Part shown: piece after piece, positions 1 to 14,350 of the stretch
How positions within the stretch are numbered: position 1 is the stretch's first letter
Layout: each line of letters begins with the position of its first letter
NCBI GenBank assembly: GCA_009914755.4
Contig: CP068257.2
Location: 6,688,001-6,752,000 of the forward strand
Direction: 5' to 3'
DNA: 64,000 nt
DNA from: the human T2T-CHM13v2.0 reference genome, Homo sapiens
Translations under genes and position numbers: made by a program
Notes under the pieces: generated by a model
Databases searched by the model: none
Seen by the model: only the letters and a program-made list of their open reading frames with translations
Told to the model about the DNA's origin: nothing

Positions 1-3000
1 AGAATGGAATGGAACAGAAAGGAATGAAATGCAATGGAATAGATTGAATGCTAGTGGAATTGAATGGAATGGAATGGATTGGAATGGAATGGAATGGATT
101 GGAGTGGAATGGAATGGAATCAACACGAATGGGATGGAACGGAATGGAATGGAATGGAAAGGAATGGAATGGAATGGAATGGAATGGAATGGAATGGAAT
201 GGAATGGAATGGATTGAAATGGAATGGAAAAGAACGGAATTGAATCAACCCGAGTGGAATGGAATGGAATGGAATGGAATCCACCCGAGTGGAATGGAAT
301 CGAATGGAAGGCAATGGAATTGAACGGAATATAATGGAATTAAATGGAATCATCCCGAGTGGAATGAAATGCTATCTAATGCAATGGAATGGAATGGAAC
401 AGAACGGAATGGAATGGAAAGAATAGATTGAATCCAAGTGGAATTGAATGGAATGGAATGGATTGGAAAGGAATGGAATGGATTGGAATGGATTGGAATG
501 GAAAGGAATGGATTCAACCTGAGTGGAATGTAATGGATTGGAATGGAATGGAATGGAATGGAATGGAATGGAATCAACACGAATGGAATGGAACGGAATG
601 GAATGGAATGGAATGGAATGGAATGGAATGGAATGGAATGAAATGGAAAGGAAAGGAATAGAATCAACCCAAGTGGAATGGAATGGAATGGAATGGAATG
701 GAATGGAATGGAATAGAATGGAATCAACCCGAGTGGAGTGAAATCAAATGGAATGGAATGGAATGGAATCAACCCGAGTGGAATGGAATGGAATGGAATG
801 GAATCAACGCAGTGGAATGGAATGGAATGGAATGCAATAGAATGGAAAGGAATGGAATGGAATGGAATTCAATGGAATCAACCCGAGTGGAAAGGAATGG
901 TATGGAATGCAATGGAATGGAGTGGAATGGAACGGAATCATCCCGAGTGGAATGGAATGGTATGGAATGCAATAGAATGGAATGGAACAGAACGGAATGA
1001 AATGCAATGGAATAGATTGAATGCTAGTGGAATTGAATGGAATAGAATGGATTGGAATGGAATGGAATGGATTGGAGTGGAATGGGATGGAACGGAATGG
1101 AACGGAATGGAATGGAATCAACACAAATGGAATGGAATGGAATGGAATGGAATAGAATGGAAAGGAATGGAATGCAATGGAATGGAATGAAATGGAATAA
1201 ACCCGAATGGAATGGAATGGAATGGAATGGAATGGAATGGAATGGAATGGAAGGGAATGGAATGGAATGGAATGAATTGGAATAAACCCGAATGGAATGG
1301 AATGGAATGGAATGGAATTTAATGGTGTGGAATGGAATAAACACCAGTGGAATGAAATGGAATGGAATGGAATGGAACTGAATGGAAAGGAAAGAAATCA
1401 ACCCGAGTAGAATGGAACACAATGGAATGGAATGGAATGGAATGGAAAGGAATGGAATCAACTGGAATGGAATGAAATGGAATGGAATGGAGTGGAATGG
1501 AATGGAATGCATTGGAATCAAAAAGAGTGAAATGCAATGGAAAGGAATGGAATGGAATGGAATGGAATGGAATGGAATGGAATGGAATAGAATGGAATCA
1601 ACCCGAGTGGAGTGAAATAAATTGGAATGGAATGGAATGGAATCAACCTGAGTGGAACGGAATGGAATGGAATGGAATGGAACGGAATGGAATGCAATGG
1701 AATAAACTGGAATGGAATGGAATGGAATGGAATGGAACGGAATCAACCTAAGTCAAATAGAATGGAATCGAATGGAATGGAATGGAATGGAATGGAATGG
1801 AATGGAATGGAATGGAAACTACTGGAATGGAATGGAAACAACCCGAGTGGAATGGAATGCAATGGAATGTAATGGAGTGGAATGGAATGGAATGGAACGG
1901 AATCAACACGAGTGGACTGCAACGGAATGAAATGGAATGGAATGCAATGGAATGGAATGGAATGGAACGGAACGGAATGGAATTGAATGGAATGGAATCA
2001 ACCCAAGTGGAAAGGAATGGAATGGAATGGAATGGAATGGAATGGAATGGAATGGAATGGAATCAACCGAGTGGAGTAGAATGGAATGGAATGGAATCAA
2101 CCCAGTGGAATGGAATGGAATGGAATGCAATAGAATGGAAAGGAATGGAACGGAATGGAATTCAATGGAATCAACCCAAGTGGAAAGGAATGGTATGGAA
2201 TGCAATGGAATGGAGTGGAATGGAACGGAATCATCCCAAGTGGAATGGAATGGTATGGAATGCAATAGAATGGAATGGAACAGAACGGAATGAAATGCAA
2301 TGGAATAGATTGAAAGCCAGTGGAATTGAATGGAATGGAATGGATTGGAATGGAATGGAATGGATTGGAGTGGAATGGGATGGAACGGAATGGAATGGAA
2401 TGGAATGGAATGGAATGGAATGGAATGGAAAGGAATGGAAACAACTGGAAAGGAATGAAATGGAATGGAATGGAGTGGAATGGAATGGAATGCGTTGGAA
2501 TCAACAAGAGTGAAATGGAATGGAATGGAATGGAATGGAATGGAATAGAATGGAATCAAGCCGAGTGGAGTGAAATAAATTGGAATGGAATGGAATGGAA
2601 TCAACCTGAGTGGAACGGAATGGAATGGAAAGGAATGGAACGGAATGGAATGCAATGGAATTAACTGGAATGGAATGGAATGGAATGGAATGGAATGGAA
2701 TGGAATGGAATAGAACGGAATCAACCTGAATCAAATAGAATGGAATGGAATGGAATGGAATGGAATGGAATGGAATGGAAACTACTGGAATGGAATGTAA
2801 ACAACCCGAGTGGTATGGAATGCAATGGAATGGAATGGAGTGGAATAGAATGTAACGGAATGGAACGGAATTGAATGGAATGGAAACAACCCAAGTGGAA
2901 AGGAATGGAATGGAATGGAATGGAATGGAATGGAATGGAATGGAATAGCATGCAATCAACTTTGGTGGAATGGTATGGAATGGAATGGAATGGAATGGAA

Positions 3001-5500
3001 TGGAATGGAACGGAATGGAATGGTATGGAATGGAATGGAATAAAAGGGCATGGAATGGAATGGAATCAACCCGAGAGGAATGGAATGTAATGGAATGCAA
3101 TGGAATGGAATGGAATGGAATAGAAATGAATCAAACCGAGTGGAATGGAATAGAATGGAATGGAACGGAATCATCCCGAGTGGAATGGAATGGTATGGAA
3201 TGCAACAGAATGGAATGGAAGAGAACGGAATGAAATGGAATGGAATAGATTGAATGCGAGAGGAATGGAATGGAATGGAATGGATTGGAATGGAATGGAA
3301 CGGATTGGAGTGGAATGGAATGAAATCAACACGAATGGGATGGAGCGGAATGGAATGGAATGCAATGGAATGGAATGGAATGGAATGGAATGGAATGGAA
3401 TGGAATGGAAAGGAACGGAATGGAATCAACCCGATTGGAATGGAATGGAATGGAATGGAATCCACCCGAGTGGAATGGAATGGAATGGAATGCAATAGAA
3501 TTGAGCGGAATATAATGGAATTAAATGGAATCATCCCGAGTGGAATGGAATGGTATCTATTGCAATTTAATGGAATGGAACAGAATGGAATGGAATAGAA
3601 AGAATGGATTGAATCCGAGTGGAATGGAATAGAATGGAATTTAATGGAATGGAATGGAATAGAATGATATGGAATCAACCCGAGTGGAATGGTATAGAAT
3701 GGAACGTAATGGAACGGAATGGAATGGAATAAAATGGAATGGAATGGAATGGAAACAACCCGAGTGGAATGGAATGGAATGGAATCGAGTAACCGGAGAG
3801 GAATGGAATGGAATGGAGTGGAATGGAATGGAATAGAATGGAATGGAATGGAATGGAATGCAATAGAATGAAAAGGAAAGGAATGGAATGGAAATAACCC
3901 GAGTGGAATGGAATGGAATGGAATGGAATGGAATGGAATGGAATAGAATGGAATCAACCCCAGTTGAATGGAATGGAATGGAATGGAACGGAATATAATG
4001 GAATGGAACGGAATCATCCCGATTGGAATGGGATGGTATGGAATGCAACAGAATGGAATGGAACAGAACGGAATGAAATGGAATGGAATAGATTGAATGC
4101 GAGTGGAATGGAAAGGAATGGAATGGATTGGAATGGAATGGAACGGATTGGAGTGGAATGGAATGGAATCAACACGAATGGATGGAAAGGAATGGAATGG
4201 AATGGAATGGAATGGAATGGAATGGAATGGAAAGGAACGGAATGGAATCAACCCGAGTGGAATGGAATGGAATGGAATGGAATCCACCCGAGTGGAATGG
4301 AATGGAATGGAATGCAATGGAATTGAACGGAATATAATGGAATTAAATGGAATCATCCCGAGTGGAATCGAATGGTATCTAATGCAATTTAATGGAATAG
4401 AACAGAACGGATTGGAATAGAAAGAATAGATTGAATCCAAGTGGAATTGAATGGAATGGAATGGATTGGAAAGGAATGGAATGGATTGGAATGGATTTGA
4501 ATGGAAAGGAATCGATTCAACCCGAGTGGAATGTAATGGATTGGAATGGAATGGAATGGAATGGAATGGAATGGAATGGAATGGTATTGAATGAAATGGA
4601 AGGGAACGGAATAGAATCAACCCAAGTGTAATGGAATGGAATGGAATGGAAGGGAATCAACACGAGTGGAATGGAATGGAATGGAATGGAATGGAATGGA
4701 ATGGAATGGAATGGAATGGAATGGAATGGAATGGAATGGAATCAACCCGAGTGGAGAAGAATGGAATGGAGTGGAATCAACCCCAGTGGAATGGAATGGA
4801 ATGGAATGCAATAAAATGGAAAGGAATGGAATGGAATGGAATTCAATTGAATCAAGCCGAGTGGAAAGGAATGGTATGGAATGCAATGGAATGGAGTGGA
4901 ATGGAATGGAATCAACGCGACTTGAATGGAATGGAATGGAATGGAACGGAATATAATGGAATGGAACGGAATCATCCCGAGTGGAATGGAATGGTATGGA
5001 ATGCAATAGAATGGAATGGAACAGAACGGAATGAAATGCAATGGAATAGATTGAATGCTAGTGGAATTGAATGGAATGGAATGGATTGGAATGAAATGGA
5101 ATGGATTGTAGTGGAATGGAAAGGAATCAATACGAATGGGATGGAACGGAATGGAATGGAATGGAATGGAATGGAATGCAATGGAATGGAATGGAATGGA
5201 ATGGAATGAAATGGAATGGAATGGAGTGGAATGGAATGGAATGCAATGGAATCAACAAGAGTGCAATGCAATAGAATGGAATGGAATGGGATGGAATGGA
5301 ATGGAATCAACCCGAGTGGAGTAGAATGGAATGGAATGGAATGGAATGGAATGGAATGGAATGGAATCAACCTGAGTTGAACGGAATGGAATGGAATGGA
5401 ATGGTATCAACCAGAGTGGAATGGAATGGAATTGAATGGAATGGAACGGAATGGAATGCAATGGAATCAACTGGAATGGAATGGAATTGAACGAAATGGA
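1..5500 (+). repeat. Short-period sub-HOR zone. A ~100 bp diverged module (DNA ...GAATGAAATGCAATGGAATAGATTGAATGCTAGTGGAATTGAATGGAATGGAATGGATTGGAATGG...GGATTGGAGTGGAATGG...AATCAACACGAATGGG; peptide signature NRLNASGIEWNGMDWNGMEWIGVEW) recurs ~6 times at ~0.85-1.3 kb spacing.
   Basis: The module occurs at ~30, ~994, ~2290, ~3230, ~4080 and ~5037, giving spacings of 964, 1296, 940, 850 and 957 bp. I identified it from the recurring ORF-track peptides (29..217, tail of 738..1190, 1782..2513, 3160..3498, 3913..4326, 4631..5209) and confirmed it in the DNA. Confidence 0.7.
4663..4742 (+). repeat. Perfect (GGAAT)16 tract. Similar perfect runs of >=10 units lie at ~5881-5940, 10573-10620, 44497-44565 and 63831-63888.
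   Basis: Read directly: GGAATGGAATGG... uninterrupted. Confidence 0.85.
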
Positions 5501-8500
5501 ATGGAATCAACCTCAGTCAAATAGAATGGAATGGAATGGAATGGAATGGAATGGAATAGAATGCAATGGAAGGGAAAGGAAAGGAATGGAATCAACCCGA
5601 GTGGAATGGAATGGAATGGAATGGAATCCACCCGAGTGGAATGGAATGGAATGGAATGCAATGGAATTGAACGGAATATAATGGAATTAAATGGAATCAT
5701 CCCGTGTGGAACGGAATGGTATCTAATGCAATGGAATGGAATGGAACAGAACGGAATGGAATGGAAGAATAGATTGAATCCAAGTGGAATTGAATGGAAT
5801 GGAATGGATTGGAAAGGAATGGAATGGATTGCAATGGATTGGAATGGAAACGAATGGATTCAACCCGAGTGGAATGCAATGGATTGGAATGGAATGGAAT
5901 GGAATGGAATGGAATGGAATGGAATGGAATGGAATGGAATCAACACGAATGCAATGGAACGGAATGGAATGGAATGGAATGGAATGGTATGGAATGAAAT
6001 AGAAAGGAACGGAACAGAATCAACCCCAGTGGAATTGAATGGAAAGGAATGCAATTGAATGGAATGGAATGGAATGGAATCAACCCGAGTGGAGTAGAAT
6101 GGAATTGAATAGAATGAACCGCAGTGGAATGGAATGGAATGGAATGCAATAGAATGGAAAGGAATGGAATGGAATGGAATGGAATGGAATGGAATTCAAT
6201 GGAATCAACCCAAGTGGAATGGAACGGTATGGAATGCAATGGAATGGAGTGGAACAGAACGGAATGGAATGGAATGGAAATGATTGAATCCGAGTGGAAA
6301 TGAATGGAAGGGAAAGCATTGTAAAGGAATGGAAAGGATTCAACCCGAGTGGAATGTAATGGATTGGAATGGAGTGGAATGTAATGGAATGGATTGGAAT
6401 GGAATGGAATCAACACAAATGGAAAGGAATGGAATGGAATGGAATAGAATGGAAAGGAATGGAATGCAATGGAATGGAATGGAATGGAATGGAATGGAAT
6501 AAACCGGAATGGAATGGAATGGAATGGAATGGAATGGAATGGAATGGAATGGAATGGAATGGAATGGAATGGAATGAATTGGAATAAACCCGAATGGAAT
6601 GGAATGGAATGGAATGGAATGGAGTGGAATGGAATAAACACCAGTGGAATGAAATGGAATGGAATGGAATGGTATGGAATGGAATGGAATGGAAAGGAAT
6701 GAAATCAACCCCAGTAGAATGGAACAGAATGGAATGGAATGCAATGGAATGGAAAGGAATGGAATCAACTGGAATGGAATGAAATGGAATGGAATGGAGT
6801 GGAATGGAATGGAATGCATTGGAATCAACAAGAGTGAAATGCAATGGAATGGAATGGAATGGAATGGAATAGAATGGAATCAACCCGAGTGGAGTGAAAT
6901 CAAATGGAATGGAATGGAATGGAATCAACCTGAGTGGAACGGAATGGAATGGAATGGAATGGAATGGAATGGAATGGAATGGTATCAACCAGAGTGGAAT
7001 TGAATGGAATGGAATGGAATGGAATGCAATGGAATCAACTGGAATGGAATGGAATGGAATGGAATGGAACGGAATGGAATGGAATGGAATGGAACGGAAT
7101 GGAATGGAAACTACTGGAATGGAATGGAAACAACCCGAGTGGAATGGAATGCAATGAATGGAATGGAGTGGAATGAAATGGAATGGAATGGAATCAACAC
7201 GAGTGGACTGCAACGGAATGAAATGGAATGGAATGGAATGGAATGGAATGAAACGGAACGGAACAGAACGGAATTGAATGCAATGGAATCAACCCAAGTG
7301 GAAAGGAACGGAATGGAATGGAATGGAATGGAATGGAATGGAATAGCATGCAATCAACTTTGGTGGAATGGTATGGAATGGTATGGTATGGAATGGAATG
7401 GAATGGAATGGTATGGAATGGAATAGAATAAAAGGGCATGGAATGGAATGGAATCAAGCCAAGAGGAATGGAATGGAATGGAATGGAATGGAATGGAATG
7501 GAATGGAATGGAATGGATTGGAAATGAATCAAACCGAGTGGAATGGAATAGAATGGAATGGAATGGAATGGAAACAATGCAATGCAATTGTATCAACGGG
7601 AATGGAATGCATTGGAATGGAATGGAATGGAATGGAATCACCCTGAGTGGATAGGAATGGAATGGAAGGGAATGGAAAGGAATGGAATGGAATGGAAACT
7701 AATGGAATGGAATGGAAACAACCCGAGTGGAATGGAATGGAATGGAATGGAATGGAATGGAATGGAATACAACAAAATGGAAACAACCCGAGTGGAATGG
7801 CATGGAATGGAAAGGACTTGAATATAATGGAATGGATTGGAATCAACCCGATTAGAAACTAATGGAATTGAATGGAATGGAATGGAATAGAATGGAATGG
7901 AATTTACCCGAGTGGAATGGAATGTAACGAAATTAAATGGAATGGATTGGAATGGAATGGAATGGATTGGAGTGGAATGGAATGGAATCAACACGAATGG
8001 GATGGAACGGAATGGAATGCAATGGAACGGAATGGAATGGAATGGAATGGAATGGAATGGAATGGTATGGAATGAAATGGAAAGGAACGGAATAGAATCA
8101 ACCCAAGTGGAACGGAATGGAATGGAATGGAAGGGAATCAACACGAGTGGAATGGAATGGAAAGGAATGCAATGGAATGGAATGGAATGGAATGGAATGG
8201 AATGGAATCTACCCGAGTGGAGTAGAATGGAATGGCATGGAATCATCTCCAGTGGAATGGAATGGAACGGAATGCAATAGAATGGAATGGAAATGAATGG
8301 AATGGAATTCAATGGAATGAACCCGAGTGGAATGGCATGGTATGGAATGCAATGGAATGGATTGGAACAGAACGGAATGGAATGGAATGGAACTGATTGA
8401 ATCCGAGTGGAATTGAATGGAAGGGAATGCATTGGAAAGGAATGGAAAGGATTCCACCGAGTGGAATGTAATGGATTTTAATGGAGTGGAATGGAATGGA

Positions 8501-11500
8501 ATGGAATGGAATCAAAACAAATGGAAAGGAATGGAATGGAATGGAATAGAATGGAAAGGAATGGAATGTAACGGAATGGAATGGAATGGAATGAAATGGA
8601 ATAAACACGAATGGAATGGAATGGAATGGAATGGAATGGATTGGAATGGAATGGAATGAATTGTAGTAAACCCGAATGGAATGGATTGGAATGGAATGGA
8701 ATGGAATGGAATAGAATGGAGTGGAATGGAATAAACACCAGTGGAATGCAATGGAATCGAATGGAATGGATTGGAATGGAATTGAATGGAATGGAATGGA
8801 ATGGAATTAACCCGAGTGGAGTAGAATGGAATGGAATGGAATCAACCCCAGTGGAATGGAATGGAATGGAATGCAAGAGAATGGAATGGAATGGAATGGA
8901 ATGGAATGGAATGGAATTCAATGGAATCAACCCGAGTGGAATGGAATGGTATGGAATGCAATGGAATGGAGTGGAACAGAACGGAATGGAATGAAATGGA
9001 ATTGATTGAATCCGAGTGGAATTGAATGGAAGGGAATGCATTGCAAAGGAATGGAAAGGATTCAACCCGAGTGGAATGTAATGGATTGGAATGGAGTGGA
9101 ATGGAATGGAATGCAATGGAATGGAATCAACACAAATGGAATGGAATGGAATGGAATGGAATAGAATGGAAAGGAATGGAATGCAATCGAATGGAATGGA
9201 ATGGAATGAAATGGAAAAAACCCGAATGGAAAGGAATGGAATGGAAAGGAATGGAATGCAATGGAATGGAATGGAATGGAATGAAATGGAATAAACCCGA
9301 ATGGAATGGAATGGAATGGAATGGAATGAAATAGAATTTACCCGAGTGGAATGGAATATAATGAAATTAAATGGAATGGAATGGAATGGAATGGAATGGA
9401 ATGGAATGGGATGGAATGGAATCTACACGAGTGGAATGGAATGGAATGGAATTTAATGGAATGGAATGGAAAAGAATGGTATGGAATCAACCCGATAGGA
9501 ATGGGATAGAATGGAACGTAATGGAACGGAATGGAATGGAATAAAATGGAATGGAATGGAATGGAAACAACCCGAGTGGAATGGAATGGAATGAAATGGA
9601 ATGGAATGGAATGGAAAGGAATACAACAAATTGGAAACAACCCGAGTGGAATGGCATGGAATGGAATGGACTTGAATATAATGGAATGGATTGGAATCAA
9701 CCCGATTAGAAACTAATGGAATGGAATGAAATGGAGTGGAATGGAATGGAATGGAATGGAATGGAATGGAATGGAATGGAATGGAATTTACCCGAGTGGA
9801 ATGGAATGTAATGAAATTAAATGGAATGGAATGGAATGGAATGGAATGGAATGGAATGGAATCAACCTGAATGGAACGGAATGGAATGGAATGGAATGGA
9901 ATGGAATGGAATGGAATGGAATGGTACCAACCAGAGTGGAATCGAATGGAATTGAATGGAATGGAACGGAATAGAATGCAATGGAATCAACTGGAATGGA
10001 ATGGAATTGAATGAAATGGAATGGAATCAACCTCAGTCAAATAGAATGGAATAGAATGGAATGGAATGGAATGGAATGGAATGGAATGGAATGGAATGGA
10101 AGGGAAAGGAACGGAATGGAATCAACCCGAGTGGAATGGAATGGAATGGAATGGAATCCACCCGAGTGGAATGGAATGGAATGGAATGCAATGGAATTGA
10201 ACGGAATATAATGGAATTAAATGGAATCATCCCGTGTGGAACGCAATGGTATCTAATGCAATGGAATGGAATGGTACAGAACGGAATGGAATGGAAGAAT
10301 AGATTGAATCCAAGTGGAATTGAATGGAATGGAATGGATTGGAAAGGAATGGAATGGATTGCAATGGATTGGAATGGAAAGGAATGGATTCAACCCGAGT
10401 GGAATGTAATGGATTGGAATGGAATGGAATGGAATGGAATGGAATGGAATCAACACGAATGGAATGGAACGGAATGGAATGGAATGGAATGGAATGGTAT
10501 GGTATGGAATGAAATGGAAAGGAACGGAACAGAATCAACCCAAGTGGAATGGAATGGAAAGGAATGCAATTGAATGGAATGGAATGGAATGGAATGGAAT
10601 GGAATGGAATGGAATGGAATCAACCCGAGTGGAGTAGAATGGAATGGAATGGAATGAACCGCAGTGGAATGGATTGGAATGGAATGCAATAGAATGGAAT
10701 GGAATGGAATGGAATGGAATGGAATTCAATGGAATCAACCCGAGTAGAATGGAATGGTATGGAATGCAGTGGAATGGAGTGGAACAGAACGGAATGGAAT
10801 GGAATGGAAATGATTGAATCTGAGTGGAATTGAATGGAAGGGAAAGCATTGGAAAGGAATGGAAAGGATTCAACCCGAGTGGAATGTAATGGATTGGAAT
10901 GGAGTGGAATGTAATGGAATGGATTGGAATGGAATGGAATCAACACAAATGGAAAGGAATGGAATGGAATGGAATAGAATGGAAAGGAATGGAATGCAAT
11001 GGAATGGAATGGAATGGAATGAAATGGAATAAACCCGAATGGAATGGAATGGAATGGAATGGAATGGAATGGAATGGAATGAATTGGAATAAACCCGAAT
11101 GGAATGGAATGTAATGGAATGGAATGGAATGGAGTGGAATGGAATAAACACCAGTGGAATGAAATGGAATGGAATGGAATGGTATGGAATGGAATGGAAT
11201 GGAAAGGAATGAAATCAACCCCAGTATAATGGAACAGAATGGAAATGAATGCAATGGAATGGAAAGGAATGGAATCAACTGGAATGGAATGAAATGGAAT
11301 GGAATGGAGTGGAATGGAATGGAATGCATTGGAATCAACAAGAGTGAAATGCAATGGAATGGAATGGAATGGAATGGAATGGAATGGAATGGAATGGAAT
11401 AGAATGGAATCAACCCGAGTGGAGTGAAATCAAATGGAATGGAATGGAATGGAATCAACCTGAGTGGAACGGAATGGAATGGAATGGAATGGAATGGAAT

Positions 11501-12290
11501 GGTATCAACCAGAGTGGAATGGAATGGAATTGAATGGAATGGAATGGAATGGAATGCAATGGAATCAACTGGAATGGAATGGAATGGAATGGAATGGAAC
11601 GGAATGGAATGGAAACTACTGGAATGGAATGGAAGCAACCCGAGTGGAATGGAATGCAATGAATGGAATGGAGTGGAATGGAATGGAATGGAATGGAATC
11701 AACACGAGTGGACTGCAACGGAATGAAATGGAATGGAATGGAATGGAATGGAATGGAACTGAACGGAACAGAACGGAATTGAATGGAATGGAATCAACCC
11801 AAGTGGAAAGGAACGGAATGGAATGGAATGGAATGGAATGGAATGGAATGGAATGGAATAGCATGCAATCAACTTTGGTGGAATGGTATGGAATGGTATG
11901 GTATGGAATAGAATGGAATGGAATGGTATGGAATGGAATGGAATAAAAGGGCATGGAATGGAATGGAATCAACCCGAGAGGAATGGAATGGAATGGAATG
12001 GAATGGAATGGAATGGAATGGAAATGAATCAAACCGAGTGGAATGGAATAGAATGGAATGGAATGGAATGGAAACAATGCAATGCAATTGTATCAACGGG
12101 AATGGAATGCATTGGAATGGAATGGAATGGAATCACCCTGAGTGGATAGGAATGGAATGGAAGGGAAACTAATGGAACGGAATGGAAACAACCTGAGTGG
12201 AATGGAATGGAATGGAATGGAATGGAACACAACAAAATGGAAACAACCCGAGTGGAATGGCATGGAATGGAAAGGACTTGAATATAATGG

Positions 12291-14350
12291 AATGGATTGG
12301 AATCAACCCGATTACAAACTAATGGAAAGCAATGGAATGGAATGGAATGGAATGGAATGGAATGGAATTTACCCGAGTGGAATGGAATGTAACGAAATTA
12401 AATGGAATGGAATGGAATGGAATGGAATGGAATGGAATGGAATGGAATACTACAAAATGGCAACAATCCGAGTGGAATAAAATGGAATGGAAAGGACCTG
12501 AATATAATGGAATGGATTGGAATCAACACGATTAGAAACTAATGGAATGGAATGGAATGGAATTGAATGGAATGGAATGGAAACTACCCGAGTGGAATGG
12601 AAGGTAATGGAATGGAGTGGAATGGAATGGAATGGAATGGAATGGAATGGAACAGAATCGAATCCAATGGAATCAACTGGAATGGAATGGAATGCAATGG
12701 AATGGAATGGAATGGAATGGGATCAATCCGGGTGGAATGGAATAGAATATAATGGAGTGGAATGGAATGGAAGGGAGTGGAATGGAGTGGAATGGAATGG
12801 AATGGAATGGAATCAACACGAATGGAATGGAAGGGAATGGAATGGAATGGAATGGAATGGAATGGAATGGAATGGAGTCCACCCGAGTTGAATGGAATGG
12901 AATGGAATGGAACGGAATATAATGGAATGGAACGGAATCATCCCGAGTGGAATGGAATGGTATGGAATTCAATAGAATGGAATGGAACAGAACGGAATGA
13001 AATGGAATGGAATAGATTGAATGCGAGTGGAATTGAATGGAATGGAACGGATTGGAATGGAATGGAATGGATTGGAGTGGAATGGAATGGAATCAACACG
13101 AATGGGATGGAACGGAATGGAATGGAATGGAAAGGAACGGAATGGAATCAACCCGAGTGGAATGGAATGGAATGGAATGGAATCCACCCGAGTGGAATGA
13201 AATCGAATGGAATGCAATGGAATTGAACGGAATATAATGGAATTAAAAGGAATCATCCCGAGTGGAATGGAATGGAATCTAATGCAATGGTATCTAATGC
13301 AATGGAATGGAATGAAACAGAACGGAAAGGAATGGAAAGAATAGATTGAATCCAAGTGGAATTGAATGGAATAGAATGGATTGGAAAGGAATGGAATGGA
13401 TTGGAATGGATTGGAATGGAAAGGAATGTATTCAACCAGAGTGGAATGTAATGGATTGGAATGGAATGGAATGGAATGGAATGGAATGGAATGGAATGGA
13501 ATACAATGGAATCAACACGAATGGAATGGAACGGAATGGAATGGAATGGAATGGAATGGAATGGTATGGAATGAAATGGAAAGGAACGGAATAGAATCAA
13601 CCAAAGTGGAATGGAATGGAATGGAATGGAAGGGAATCAACACGAGTGGAATGGAATGGAAAGGAATGCAATGGAATGGAAAGGAATGGAATGGAATGGA
13701 ATGGAATGGAATGGAATGGAATCAACTCGAGTGGAGTAGAATGGAATGGAATGGAATCAATCCCAGTGGAATGGAATGGAATCGAATGGAATGGAATGGA
13801 ATAAAAGGGCATGGAATAGAACGGAATCAACCTGAATGGAAAGGAACGGAATGGAGTGGAATGGTATGGAATGGAATGGAAACTACTGGAATGGAATGGA
13901 AACAACCCGAGTGGAATGGAATGCAATGGAATGGAATGGAGGGGAATGGATTGGAATGGAATGGAATCAACACGAGTGGACTGCAACGGAATGAAATGGA
14001 ATGGAATGCAATGGAATGGAATGGAACGGAACGGAACGGAACGGAATTGAATGGAATGGAATCAACCCAAGGGGAAAGGAATGGAATGGAATGGAATGGA
14101 ATGGAATGGAATGGAAGAGCATGCAATCAAATATGGTGGAATGGTATGGAATGGTATGGAATGGAATGGAATGGAATGGAATGGTATGGAATGGAATGGA
14201 ATAAAAGGGCATGGAATGGAATGAAATCAACCCGACAGGAATGGAAAGGAATGGAATGGAATGGAATGGAATGGAATGGAATGGAATGGAAATGAATCAA
14301 ACCGAGTGGAATGGAACGGAATGGCATGGAAACAATGCAATGCAATGGTA
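12291..14350 (+). repeat. HOR-A segment that is nearly identical to 19801-21900 (offset ~7483-7510 bp).
   Basis: ORF pairs are identical or differ by 1-2 residues: 12332..12535 vs 19830..20018, 12517..12891 vs 20000..20374, 12673..12972 vs 20156..20455, 12969..13355 vs 20452..20838, 13253..13600 vs 20736..21083, 13827..14126 vs 21315..21614, 14001..14204 vs 21489... Confidence 0.8.

Noticed and set aside
2956-4620. Long ORFs on both strands, e.g. 554 aa on - at 2956..4620, 470 aa at 24944..26356 and 466 aa at 34724..36124, that might be read as repeat-protein genes
   Set aside because: Their translations are purely periodic (IPFHS/MEWNG). They overlap ORFs in other frames and on the opposite strand along their entire length. 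They exist only because GGAAT/ATTCC lacks stop codons in all six frames, so there is no independent coding signal.
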